A stretch of 64,000 bases of DNA, from positions 1-64,000 of the forward strand of contig CAWDWO010000004.1 in assembly GCA_963806035.1 (NCBI GenBank), given 5' to 3'. The notes below the pieces were generated by a model, which was given only the letters and a program-made list of their open reading frames with translations, was not told the origin of the DNA and did not search any database. The position numbers and the translations under genes are program-made. Source of the stretch: Candidatus Krumholzibacteriota bacterium (GTDB taxonomy: Bacteria > Krumholzibacteriota > Krumholzibacteriia > JAJRXK01). Of this stretch, positions 54,978-64,000 are shown piece by piece (the stretch's first letter is position 1; each line of letters begins with the position of its first letter).

Positions 54978-56794
54978 ATGACTGAAGCTCAGAACATCGG
55001 GCGCGGGCGCCGCCGCCTGATCCCGTCGTGCGCAATCTACGCTCTGCTGCTGCTTCTGGCGAGCGCGCTCCCGGCGTACGCGCTGGTTCATTTTTCCTTC
55101 GAAGGCCCCTACGTCTACCAAAAGGGTCAGACCATCAAGGACCACGCCCTCCTGCAAATCGATGGACACTGGCACTGCATCTTCATTCACGCACCGAGCT
55201 CAGCCGGCAGTAGCGCGGAAAACCAGCTGGGACACGCCCGCAGCGAGGACCTGAGGAACTGGGAGTTTCTCGCGCCCGCCCTGAGCGCGGGACCCGAGGC
55301 CTGGGACGCGCGCAACGTGTGGGCGCCGCAGGTTCTGCCACAGTATCCCCTGAACTCGGCCTACTCCTTGATGATCTACACTGGAGCGGATAGCCGAGTC
55401 GTTCAGCGTACCGGTTTCGCCTTCACCACTTCCAAAGAGCTGCTGAACTGGCACAAATACGACCTGAACCCCGTACTCGAGCCCGACTCCACCCTGTATT
55501 CGTGGGCGCCCAGTCAGAATTTTTCGTCCTTCCGTGACCCCTTCTACTTTTACTACCAGGGCCAGCACCACCTTCTGCACACAGCTCAACTGCGCACCCC
55601 CAACGGTGATCGCGGCTGCATTCATCACGCGGTCAGCGACAATTTCAAGAACTGGACCGAACTCGAGCCGCTGCTGGTGCACAACGGGAGCCCGGCGGAC
55701 CAGTGGCGCGATCTGGAATCGGTGCAACTGTACGAATCCGGCGGACAGTGGCATCTCTTCTACAGCGAGTTCGACAAGGTGGGCGTGTACCACCTGCGCA
55801 ACCAAACTCTCATCGGGGGTTGGGACATGACGCAGGCCGAGCTGATCGACGAAGGACAGGCGCCGGAACTCGTGCCGCTGGGCGCGGGCTCGTTCCTTTT
55901 CTCGCGATACACGGCCGACACGGTCGCTTTCGATCAAGAGGAACTTTGGGTGGTCCGCGTGGACACGCTGCGCATCGATCCACAGAGTGGAACGGCATCG
56001 ATCGTACCCTGCGAGGTTCTGGCCGCCGACTGGCCACAGCGCTCCGGCACCGCCTTCGAAGCGGCTCCGACCTTCGGCGACAATTCAGCCTACCGCGGAG
56101 ACACCCCGACCGCGCCGGTGGGGCACGGCTATCTCTCCAGCGGCGAATACTACCAGGGACCACTCTCGGGAAGAGGCGTACCGGGACAGAGCCAGGACGA
56201 TGCGGCCACTGGCTCCTTGAAGTCGCGCAGCTTCGTCCTCCAGGGAATTCGCATGGATCTGCTCGTGGGCGGAGAGAACGACCCCGACTGTTTCGTGGCC
56301 CTGATGGACGCGGTGGCGGATACCGCCCTCTTCGTGGCTCATGGGCCCGGGGGGCCCAACTGCAGCCCCTGAGCTGGGACATCTCCCCGCTGGCGGGTAC
56401 CAGCGCCTATCTCTGGGTCGAGGATGCCTCGACTCTTCCTGGCGGCAGCATCAGCGTGGATGAAATCGTCGAGATCGGCGACCCGACCTCCGCTCCCCCT
56501 GCGCCGAACGCGCGCAAGGGACTGCTCTTGGCCAATCATCCCAACCCCTTCAACCCTCGTACCGTTCTGCGCTGGCGTCAGGAGGAATTTTCGCAGGCGG
56601 AGCTGTGGATCGTGGACCAAAAGGGGCGCATGGTGCGCAGGTTCGGTCCGACTGCCTCCGCCGCGGGAATTCACGAGAGAGTGTGGACGGGAATCGACGA
56701 TCGTCAGCGTGCGGTGGCGAGTGGCGCCTACCGGGTGCTTCTGCGATTGGACGGAGATCTCGTCGACAGCCGCGCGATCACTCTGCTTCGCTAG
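54978..56794 (+). CDS. Secreted GH32/clan-J-like glycoside hydrolase with C-terminal FlgD-Ig domain; frameshift in G6 run at 56349-56354
   Basis: Signal peptide; KDH, GHARS.DL..W, WAP, FRDP, LES. After adding one G the frame continues WDISPLAG...VDEI and NHPNPFNP...WTG.D....VASG.Y. Confidence 0.75.
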
Positions 56795-56823
56795 GTGGAC
56801 TCACCACGGTGGAGCGAGGTGTT

Positions 56824-57375
56824 TCACGCGCTCTGGGGAAACAGGTACTGGTTCCAGCTCTCGGAGGTCCGCCCCTTACCCCAGGGGAGCGCGAGGACCC
56901 ACCGCGGCCGCTGAGGCGCTCTCATCAATTTCATGCCCGCTTCCTCGGGAAGCTGATTGCCCTTGCGGTTGTTGCAGGGCAAGCAGGCCGCGACGCAGTT
57001 CTCCCAACTGTGCGCTCCTCCGTGAGGATAGCGCTTGGTCTTGCGACTGCGCGGGACGACGTGATCCACGGTGAGCGCGATGTCGGTTGCGCCACAGTAC
57101 TGACACGTCCACGAATCGCGCGCCAGGATGTTCCGCTTGTTGAAGCGCACGCGCAGGGTTCGATAGACACGATGGGCGATGGAGATGAGCAAGCGGATGA
57201 TCACCGGACAGTTCAATCTGAGATGCTCGCTGTGCAGGATCCGTCCCGACTCCTCCTCCACCACGACCGCCTTCCCCAGCGCGAGCAAGCTCAAGGCACG
57301 GCGAACCGGCACCACGTTCACCGCTTGGTATCCCGCGTCGAGAACGAGAACTGGAGTGCTCAGGTCGCCGATCAT
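56824..57375 (-). CDS. HNH endonuclease
   Basis: VLVLDAGY, PVIIRL, NILARD..CQYCG, TVDHVVP, WENCVAACLPCNNRKG. Confidence 0.92.
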   Translation of the reverse strand: MIGDLSTPVLVLDAGYQAVNVVPVRRALSLLALGKAVVVEEESGRILHSEHLRLNCPVIIRLLISIAHRVYRTLRVRFNKRNILARDSWTCQYCGATDIALTVDHVVPRSRKTKRYPHGGAHSWENCVAACLPCNNRKGNQLPEEAGMKLMRAPQRPRWVLALPWGKGRTSESWNQYLFPQSA

Positions 57376-57440
57376 GAGGAGTATCCTAGCTCGATTTTCA
57401 ACCAATCCGCAAGAGCCAGACTCGCGCGAGACGTCTCCCT

Positions 57441-58997
57441 TCAACGTTCGTGGGGCATCCTCTCCTCGGGAGCGATGAAGTAGGTGTTCCCCGAGTAGGC
57501 CAGGAAATTCGATACCCGGCTGGTGTAGATGCAGGCGAACTCCCTGACCTGCCGGCCAAAACGGCTGTTCTCGTTCCCCTCGCGGAAGAGGGAGCCCCAA
57601 TGCGGGTTGTGACCTTCCATGATGACCCTCGAGAGTTCGGCCATGCGCTCCTTGTACTGCGCGCTCATGTAGTCGAGTCCCTCGAGCACGCGCTTCATCC
57701 CCTCGCGGTGACGCCTTCTTTCCTTGGGGTCCAGCCCGATCCAGGTGTCCATCTCCGGCAGACGATACGCCAGATGCCGGACGGAGGAATCTTCGACCCT
57801 GCCGTTCTCCTGATCCCCGTCGAGGGTCTCCAAGAGAAAACGAAGGTGATCGCGGTCGAGAGCCAGGTCCTGTTGCCGCGCCATGAGACCGTTGAGTTCG
57901 CGCCGCTGATACAGGAGACGGCGATTGGCCGCGACTTCCTGTTCCAGCTCCTGGACGATCATCGCGGTACGCCAACCCACGGTCTTCTTGCTCTTGAGAA
58001 TGTCCCCATAGGTGTGGTCACCGAAATACAGCACCTGATCGCCATTGGCGCCGAGAAAGCGCTCGACCCAGTTGGCGTTGCCTCCGCTGAAATAGAACTC
58101 CCCCCGTCCCGGACACTCGGGGGTGGGGATGACTTCGGGCTGGCGCTTCTCCAGAAAGAAGTCCGGCTTCTTGGCGCTGACCACGACCAGATCGAAGAGC
58201 TGCTTCCAGTTGTCCTCGCCTTGTCCGAGCAGATAGTCCATGACCGCTTCGGTGTAGGAATGCTCGCTGTTGGTGAGCAGGAAGACCTTCTTCCCCAGGG
58301 CTCGAAAGCGCAGCAGCGTGGCGGCTAGGTCCGGATCCCACACGAAGTAGCGCGAGAGGTCCTTGACGATGATGGACTTGAGAGATCCATCCCGATGTGC
58401 CTTGTCCACGCAGGCCCTGACGTCGTCGAAAATCTGGTTGGGCTTGAGGTGGGAGAGCTGGCTGTCGGGATCGTTGTGCCTGAGGTCCATGAGCGCCGAA
58501 TACAGCGAGCCCTCGGGCATGCTGAACAGAGTGTCGAAGCTCTGGTAGCGGTCGCTCCTGAGGTTCACGCGCGAACGACGATACAGCTTCTTGCGTTCGT
58601 CGCGGTCCAGGGTGTGCCCACCGTGCATCGCTTTCGCGATGTAACCGTGGAAGTCCATTTTCAGGATGTTGCCGTGGCGCTTATCCACGATGAGTCCGCG
58701 GATGATGCAATCGGGATCGTATTTGATGTCGCGGATCCCGTCCGGATAGCCGCGCCATTCGACCAGATTCTGTACTGCCAGGTCGTGCGTCAGCTGTTCG
58801 AAGGATGCGCGGTTATACAGGGCGATCGTGTGATCCATGTCGAATCCGAGCGCCCGCACCCCTTCCATGCGCAGGTTCCGATTTACGAATACGCGGCGCT
58901 CGCGGGGGATGTGTTTTTCCCCGGGAAGCAGGTGCTGGATGGCGGTGGAGAAGAGTGTCTTCTCGCGCGCGGGCGATTCGCTCTGGTGATTCGACAT
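57441..58997 (-). CDS. HAD-IG (cN-II-type) 5'-nucleotidase
   Basis: FVNR, GFDMDHT, LLTNS, KPDFF, YFGDHTYGDI, GWRT, IYTSRVSNF. Confidence 0.92.
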   Translation of the reverse strand: MSNHQSESPAREKTLFSTAIQHLLPGEKHIPRERRVFVNRNLRMEGVRALGFDMDHTIALYNRASFEQLTHDLAVQNLVEWRGYPDGIRDIKYDPDCIIRGLIVDKRHGNILKMDFHGYIAKAMHGGHTLDRDERKKLYRRSRVNLRSDRYQSFDTLFSMPEGSLYSALMDLRHNDPDSQLSHLKPNQIFDDVRACVDKAHRDGSLKSIIVKDLSRYFVWDPDLAATLLRFRALGKKVFLLTNSEHSYTEAVMDYLLGQGEDNWKQLFDLVVVSAKKPDFFLEKRQPEVIPTPECPGRGEFYFSGGNANWVERFLGANGDQVLYFGDHTYGDILKSKKTVGWRTAMIVQELEQEVAANRRLLYQRRELNGLMARQQDLALDRDHLRFLLETLDGDQENGRVEDSSVRHLAYRLPEMDTWIGLDPKERRRHREGMKRVLEGLDYMSAQYKERMAELSRVIMEGHNPHWGSLFREGNENSRFGRQVREFACIYTSRVSNFLAYSGNTYFIAPEERMPHER

Positions 58998-59084
58998 GAA
59001 ATACCGTCCTGGGCGGCTTGAAATCCTCGTGAGCCATGATCGGCCACGAATGCGCCGCTCGCAATGGCGGAACTCTTTTCTCGA

Positions 59085-60455
59085 TCAGACCTCGGCCGCA
59101 ACCTCAGCGCTGAGCTGGGTGCTGAGCCGCGTGAGATGCGGGTTTTCCGGCAGGAGCACCGTGAGTCGTCTCAACCAACTCAGAGCATTGTCCACGAACC
59201 CCAAGCGGGCGAGAACTTCGATCCCACCCTCCCAGGAACCCCCATGGGCCGGTTCCTGTTCCATGGCCTTGAGATAGAGTTGCAGGGCATCGTAGTCGCG
59301 ACCTTCGAGTTCAGCCGCGCGCGCAAGACCATGCCACGCGGCGGGCTCTTTGGGATTCTCTTCGAGAACGCGCCGGAAGTAGTTCCGCGCCTCCTCCAAG
59401 CTATTCTCGGCCAACGCGCAGTTGCCCAACCAGATTCGCGGGAGCCGTTGAAAGTAGCTTTCGTGGATTTCGGCGACTTCGATTCTTTCGGGACCGTCGA
59501 GAAGAGATTCGAACTGTCTGCGAGCCAAGTCGCGGAGTCGAGCCCCCTTCTTAGCCTCTCCCGAGCAGAGCAGAAGTGCGGCGCCGTGCTCGAAACGAAG
59601 GGGCGAACTCTCTCCATGACGCTCGAGGCCGCGTTCGACGATTTCGAGGGCTTCCTCTGGGCGGTCCACGGTGCGAAGCACCTTGGAGAGGAGCGCATAG
59701 AGCCCACCTCCCCAGCGCACACTGTCCAGGGCTTCCTCGTCGAGCTGCTCCAGAAGTTGCACGGCTTGCTGGGCTTGCCTCATCACCTGCGAGAACCCGC
59801 GCACGGCGGAAATCTCTCCACCGTCTTCCCGCGCGAGATGCCGCGCGAGTTGATAGCGCAACCAGGCCTCAGCCGGCGCTTCGTGCACTGCCTGACGCAG
59901 AAGACGGAGACGTTCCGTCGCCACTTTATCGCCCTGAAAGGCGCTGCGAACCTTGAGAGAACTCGGCAGGCACTCCCCGCCGCTCTCGCGCGAAATTTCG
60001 TCGAGGGAGGGTTCGATCTGCTCACAGATGCTCTGCCGGTACCTCAGGCGTGGCAGGTTACGAAAGAGCCGCAATTCGTCGCGCACCAGCTTCGCACCGC
60101 TTCGGTCCTCGCGGCGGACACGGCAGTAGTAGGCCAAGGCATCGGGGTCGGCCAGGAGTCGGCCCAAATCGACCGGCCGTACCTGCTCGAGGACTTCGCC
60201 CGGGTCCAGGACCAGGATCCAATCGCCGTAGGCCGCCGCCACGCCGGCGTTTCGCGCGCGCGCGTAGTCGTCGCCGAAGGAGCCGTCCACCACCCGTGCC
60301 CCATAGCCCTCGACGATGAGTCGTGTGTTGTCGTGGGATTCGAAGTCGACCGCCACCACCTCGTCCACGTGGGACAGGACCGACTTCAGGGTGCGACCGA
60401 TGATCTCCTCTTCATCACGCATGATGAGACAGAGACTCAGGGAATGCTTCTGCAT
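59085..60455 (-). CDS. GT2-domain + TPR protein
   Basis: SLCLIMRDEE, ARARN, GDWILVLD, RLFRN; C-terminal TPRs. Confidence 0.85.
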   Translation of the reverse strand: MQKHSLSLCLIMRDEEEIIGRTLKSVLSHVDEVVAVDFESHDNTRLIVEGYGARVVDGSFGDDYARARNAGVAAAYGDWILVLDPGEVLEQVRPVDLGRLLADPDALAYYCRVRREDRSGAKLVRDELRLFRNLPRLRYRQSICEQIEPSLDEISRESGGECLPSSLKVRSAFQGDKVATERLRLLRQAVHEAPAEAWLRYQLARHLAREDGGEISAVRGFSQVMRQAQQAVQLLEQLDEEALDSVRWGGGLYALLSKVLRTVDRPEEALEIVERGLERHGESSPLRFEHGAALLLCSGEAKKGARLRDLARRQFESLLDGPERIEVAEIHESYFQRLPRIWLGNCALAENSLEEARNYFRRVLEENPKEPAAWHGLARAAELEGRDYDALQLYLKAMEQEPAHGGSWEGGIEVLARLGFVDNALSWLRRLTVLLPENPHLTRLSTQLSAEVAAEV

Positions 60456-60575
60456 GGCTCGGATCGATCCTCCCGGAACTTGAGCCCTCGTTTGCCTCTG
60501 CCAGGACGCAGTGGTCCCGGGAAAGAAGCAGGGAACGATGGGAAAATGCCGAGAGCGAGAGGGTAGTTTGCAGAT

Positions 60576-60824
60576 CTAGAGGGTACGATCGTGCATCTTG
60601 CGAACGCGGCCGAGGTGCTCGTTTCCCCGCTGCTCGATCGCGATCAGCTCATGACCGGTACTCTGACACCAAGCCGGAAGGTCGAAGGCAATGGCCGCGT
60701 CGTCGCTGTGGACCGCGATCACCGTCCCAACCTCCTGCCGGGCAATCAGCTGCGCAAGCTCCAGGATCGGGGCAGGACACAGCCTCCCTCTGACATCCAG
60801 CTCGATTTCCCGGGGCTTGGTCAT
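60576..60824 (-). CDS. tusA: Sulfur carrier TusA family
   Basis: LDVRGRLCPAP, SDD, DLPAWC; ATGA overlap with the upstream gene. Confidence 0.9.
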   Translation of the reverse strand: MTKPREIELDVRGRLCPAPILELAQLIARQEVGTVIAVHSDDAAIAFDLPAWCQSTGHELIAIEQRGNEHLGRVRKMHDRTL

Positions 60825-61924
60825 CGCAACAACCATGCCTCGGCCTCTTCGGGCCTGAGGGGCGTCACTTCGAGGACGCGCACCTTCTCGCCCTCGGTGA
60901 GCCTGATGCGGACCCGAGGCTCGGCGTGACCGTCGCAGTAGCGGGCCGTGATTCGGGCTGCGCGCGTGAGGACTTCCTCGTCGGCCTCACCGTCCACCAC
61001 GGTCAAGGGACCGACGTGGTCCACCGCCTCCATCGAGGGGCGGGTCAGGCCAAAGTTACGCAAGAATGCGTTCTCCTCCTCGAAGCGGCCCACGATGACT
61101 TTGGCGCGCTCGCTGACGCGAAAATGCCGGCCCAGTTTGCACAGGAGCAAGTCTTCGTGGGAGGCCTTGGCTTTCAGCCCGTGGTCGAAAAGGTCGAACA
61201 CTCTGCGCGCGTAGTTGGGATCGGTGAGGTAGCAGCACCCGCCGGCCGGTTGCGGATACTCCGTGACCTGAAGTTCTTCCGCGAGACGTTCTTGGGGCTT
61301 GCGGCTGCGGCCATGAAAGGCCATGAGCTGCTCGCGGTCGACGAGTCCCTCGCGTTCGACGATGGTGGGAGGAAGGAGCTTGGCGGAGAGCGGACGCAAC
61401 AAGCGGCCCTCCAGGCCGCTCTCGCGTTCGATGAGGGCCAAGGTGCGCCGCTTCTGGCTCTTGGGCCTTTGACCGAGCACTTCTCCGGTGAAGACGAAGG
61501 ACGCGCCGATTTCCTGCATGAATTCGCGCGCCTTGCTCATCATCATGATCCGGCAGTCGACGCATGGGTTGACGTTCTTCCCGTAGCCGTAGCGTGGATA
61601 CTTCAGGACTTCGAGGTACTCCTGGGCGATGTCGATGATCTTGACCGGAACATCGGTCTCCGCCCCCAGTCGGAGGGCCTGATTGCGCAGTTTTTTGGGA
61701 TCCTGCCCCTTGCGGGCAACCCTTCGCTGATAGTCGGTGAGGCAGAATCCGGTGGAGAAATTCACCGCCACGACTTCGATTCCCTGCTGCAGGATCAGCC
61801 GGACCGCGAGACTGCTGTCGAGGCCGCCGGAGATCATCGCGACGGCCTTGACACCAGTCCCTCTTCGAGGCCCGGAAGTCGGCTTGGCTGGGTGGATCAA
61901 GGCCTCTCTCCTCTCGAATGCCAT
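60821..61924 (-). CDS. ThiI/MnmA-like PP-loop thiolase with C-terminal DUF814/NFACT-R-like domain
   Basis: SGGLDS, NPCVDC, TGEVLGQRPKSQ, RPLSAK, PAGGCC, GRHFR, VIVGR; start uncertain (61924 or TTG 61900). Confidence 0.82.
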   Translation of the reverse strand: MAFERREALIHPAKPTSGPRRGTGVKAVAMISGGLDSSLAVRLILQQGIEVVAVNFSTGFCLTDYQRRVARKGQDPKKLRNQALRLGAETDVPVKIIDIAQEYLEVLKYPRYGYGKNVNPCVDCRIMMMSKAREFMQEIGASFVFTGEVLGQRPKSQKRRTLALIERESGLEGRLLRPLSAKLLPPTIVEREGLVDREQLMAFHGRSRKPQERLAEELQVTEYPQPAGGCCYLTDPNYARRVFDLFDHGLKAKASHEDLLLCKLGRHFRVSERAKVIVGRFEEENAFLRNFGLTRPSMEAVDHVGPLTVVDGEADEEVLTRAARITARYCDGHAEPRVRIRLTEGEKVRVLEVTPLRPEEAEAWLLR

Positions 61925-62022
61925 TGCGGAACCACTGTAGGCTGGCGAAGTAACGCTCTGTTGCTGATGATAGGGCCAAAGCGAACTCGACGCCTCAGTC
62001 GAAGCACATTAGTTTGGAGCCC

Positions 62023-62601
62023 ATGAATTCTCAAACTCGCACGCTCGCAGAGCGCTGTCCCGCCGGCCGCCGGCTCAGCTCCGGCGAACTCAAATCGCTG
62101 CATCCATCCGCCCCGGAGCTTCTGAAACTGCCACGGAGGCCCGTGATGGGAGTGCTGGAGAACATCCGCAGTTTGGGCAATGTCGGAAGCATTTTTCGCA
62201 GCGCCGACGCGGTCCGCTTCGAGCAACTCTACCTCTGCGGGTACACCGGCCACCCCCCCAGGCCCGAGATCGAAAAGACCGCCCTCGGCGCCACCCAGAG
62301 CGTGCCCTGGAGCTACTGGAGCAAGAGTACCGAGGCGCTGCTCTGGCTGCGGGAGTCCGGCTATCAGATTCTCGCCCTGGAAATCACCACGAAGAGCGCC
62401 CCTCTGGATGAAATCGAGCTGCACTCGCCCGTTGCCCTCGTCATGGGCAATGAGGTGACCGGCATCGACCCCGAAACTCTCGCGCTCTGTGATCGCGCCG
62501 TGGAGTTGCCCATGCAGGGGCTCAAGGAGAGTCTCAACGTGGCGGTGGCCTTCGGCGTGATCGCCTACCAGTTGGCGGCACGGGTAGCGCTTCCGGCCTA
62601 G
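62023..62601 (+). CDS. TrmH/SpoU-family RNA methyltransferase
   Basis: ENIRSLGNVGSIFRSAD, KTALGA, MGNEVTG, ESLNVAVA. Confidence 0.92.
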   Translation: MNSQTRTLAERCPAGRRLSSGELKSLHPSAPELLKLPRRPVMGVLENIRSLGNVGSIFRSADAVRFEQLYLCGYTGHPPRPEIEKTALGATQSVPWSYWSKSTEALLWLRESGYQILALEITTKSAPLDEIELHSPVALVMGNEVTGIDPETLALCDRAVELPMQGLKESLNVAVAFGVIAYQLAARVALPA

Positions 62602-63674
62602 ATGTTCACGCGCCGACGGCGCGAAATTTCCTGTGCGTAGGGAATCCCCAGCGCTCTGAGCTGGGTGAAGACTTCCTCGAGAAGTTTGATCTTGGTCCCC
62701 AGGGGCAAGAAAGCGCTCTTGAAGCCGGCGACCACCAGATCCACGATCTCCTCCAGACCAAAACCGAAGACTTGCGCCACGGTTCTCAACTCGTTGGTGG
62801 AGTCCGTATTGCTGATGAGGCGATTGTCGGTGTTGATCGTGACCCGCAGTCCCTCTTCCATGAAGCGCGGCAGAGGATGATCCTCGAAGGATCCCACGGC
62901 CTTGGTCTGGACGTTCGAGGTCGGGCAGATCTCCAGGGGAATGCGGTGGTCGTTGACGTAATGCAGTAGGTCTGGATCTTCCAGAAGCCGGGTGCCATGC
63001 CCGATTCTGTGCGCGCCACAGTAGTGCAGGGCCTGCGCGATGCTGGCCGGACCGAAGGCCTCGCCGGCGTGAATCGTGATGTTCACGTTGGCATTGAGCA
63101 CCTTGTAGAAAGCCTCGCGATGGTGCTTGGCGGGATAGTCCCGTTCTGCTCCAGCCAAATCGAAACCCACCACGCCGCGATCCTTCCACGCCACCGCGTG
63201 TTCGGCCAATTCCAAGGAGTCCTCGGGAGTCAGATGGCGAATGCCGCAGAGAATCTGTCCAGTGCGGATTCCGTAGCGATCCTCCGCGTGCTGCAGTCCC
63301 TTCGCCACCGCAGCGATGACTTCGTCCATGCTCATGCCGCGCGTGCGATGCAAGAGAGGAGAGTAGCGAATCTCCGCGTAGAGGACGTTCTCGCGGTGGG
63401 CATCCTCGGCGAGTTCGAATGCGGTTCGCGCGAGCGCTTCGGCGTCTTGCAGCAAGGGAAGAGTGATGTCGAAGACCCTGAGATACTCGACCAGACTCTC
63501 ACAATCCAATCCGACTTCGAGAATGGAACGCAGCTCCTCGGGCCTGGTGCTCGGCAGTTTGATTCCCCGTTCTTTGGCCAGGTCCAGAACCGTCTCCACT
63601 CTGAGGCTTCCATCCAGGTGCAGATGCAGGTCCGTCTTGGGAAGGCGGTGCAGAATGTCTTCGCTCAATTTCAC
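62598..63674 (-). CDS. add: Adenosine deaminase
   Basis: PKTDLHLHLDGS, YAEIRYSP, DLAGAE, HAGE, RIGHG, CPTSN, NTDN; GTG start after GGAGG. Confidence 0.95.
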   Translation of the reverse strand: MKLSEDILHRLPKTDLHLHLDGSLRVETVLDLAKERGIKLPSTRPEELRSILEVGLDCESLVEYLRVFDITLPLLQDAEALARTAFELAEDAHRENVLYAEIRYSPLLHRTRGMSMDEVIAAVAKGLQHAEDRYGIRTGQILCGIRHLTPEDSLELAEHAVAWKDRGVVGFDLAGAERDYPAKHHREAFYKVLNANVNITIHAGEAFGPASIAQALHYCGAHRIGHGTRLLEDPDLLHYVNDHRIPLEICPTSNVQTKAVGSFEDHPLPRFMEEGLRVTINTDNRLISNTDSTNELRTVAQVFGFGLEEIVDLVVAGFKSAFLPLGTKIKLLEEVFTQLRALGIPYAQEISRRRRVNI

Positions 63675-63782
63675 GCTTTCACCTCCCGGCTCGCGCGCGC
63701 GGAATTCCAAGGAACCTAGCACCATGGACTCTTGCGCGCTATGAAAGGAAGCGCGGGACCGATACGTCGACGAGGGTCGTGG

Positions 63783-63935
63783 AAAAAAGTGCCGATGCGG
63801 TGGGTTGACCTCCCCTCGCGCCACAGAGCGACTCAAACCCGTGAACGCGAAGTTGTCCCACCCAACGCGGGGCCATACGAGGCCAGTCGCCAACCCCGCT
63901 CCACATCGGCCTTGGACCCGCGATCGCGGGTCATG
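63783..63935 (-). ncRNA. Candidate structured non-coding RNA/leader of unknown family
   Basis: Upstream TTGGAA-N18-TATACT; 5' hairpin GACCCGC/GCGGGTC; long irregular stem 63791-63910 whose mismatches are G-U on the minus strand; ends in U6. Confidence 0.4.
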
Positions 63936-64000
63936 TTGTAGTATATCGTAAGCTGTGGCTGAATTCCAAACCCCTCAGCGGGAAAGGAGTCCGGCCAGGT

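Noticed and set aside
56361..56372. C-S-P-TGA read as a CxxU selenocysteine motif
   Set aside because: In-frame readthrough gives no recognisable sequence, whereas the shifted frame gives the expected domains.
56824..57375. HNH as a homing endonuclease or mobile element
   Set aside because: Resembles the common stand-alone chromosomal HNH family; no intron, intein or flanking repeats seen.
60475..60505. RpoE-like GGAACTT...TCTG on the + strand
   Set aside because: Short spacer and points antisense to tusA; probably chance.
63986..64000. GGAGTCCGGCCAGGT as the 5' end of RNase P RNA
   Set aside because: Only 15 nt visible; the diagnostic GAGGAAAGTCC is not in the window.

Overview
This is a high-GC (roughly 63-65%, estimated by eye), gene-dense bacterial chromosome segment, mostly housekeeping and accessory metabolism. 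I found no CRISPR array, rRNA, transposase or integrase. FadL, lipoproteins and an NPFNP-type FlgD-Ig C-terminal domain indicate a diderm, probably FCB-related candidate lineage such as Krumholzibacteriota/Latescibacterota/Eisenbacteria (inference). Gene content in order: an ECF sigma factor with an anti-sigma gene missing from the ORF track; eno-ftsB-tRNA-fMet; gdhA plus a receiver/PPDK-like protein plus ispG; amidohydrolase; UbiD; PP2C phosphatase cluster; ClC; icmF; mutY; a FadD/SGNH-lipoprotein/FadL lipid module; CCA enzyme; B3/4 protein; HEAT protein; rfbB/rfbA; btpA; tdk; NSS transporter; queD; a ~14 kb minus-strand run moxR-DUF58-batABCDE-TPR-uvrA-HDAC; a DUF507 pair; GT4; TolB-like and TPR proteins; a GH32-like secreted enzyme; HNH; a cN-II nucleotidase; GT2-TPR; a tusA/ThiI-like pair; trmH; add. 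Three genes (uvrA, a membrane TPR protein, the GH32-like gene) carry single-base frameshifts, most simply explained as sequence errors. The best novelty candidates are five: (i) a ~150-nt structured ncRNA candidate upstream of add; (ii) the gdhA-linked receiver/ATP-grasp/His-domain protein; (iii) ECF-type promoters linking the sigma locus to the moxR-bat-uvrA run; (iv) a small cluster with two beta-clamp-like motifs; (v) the TusA/ThiI-like sulfur relay pair. All calls come from motif recognition by eye, with no database searches.
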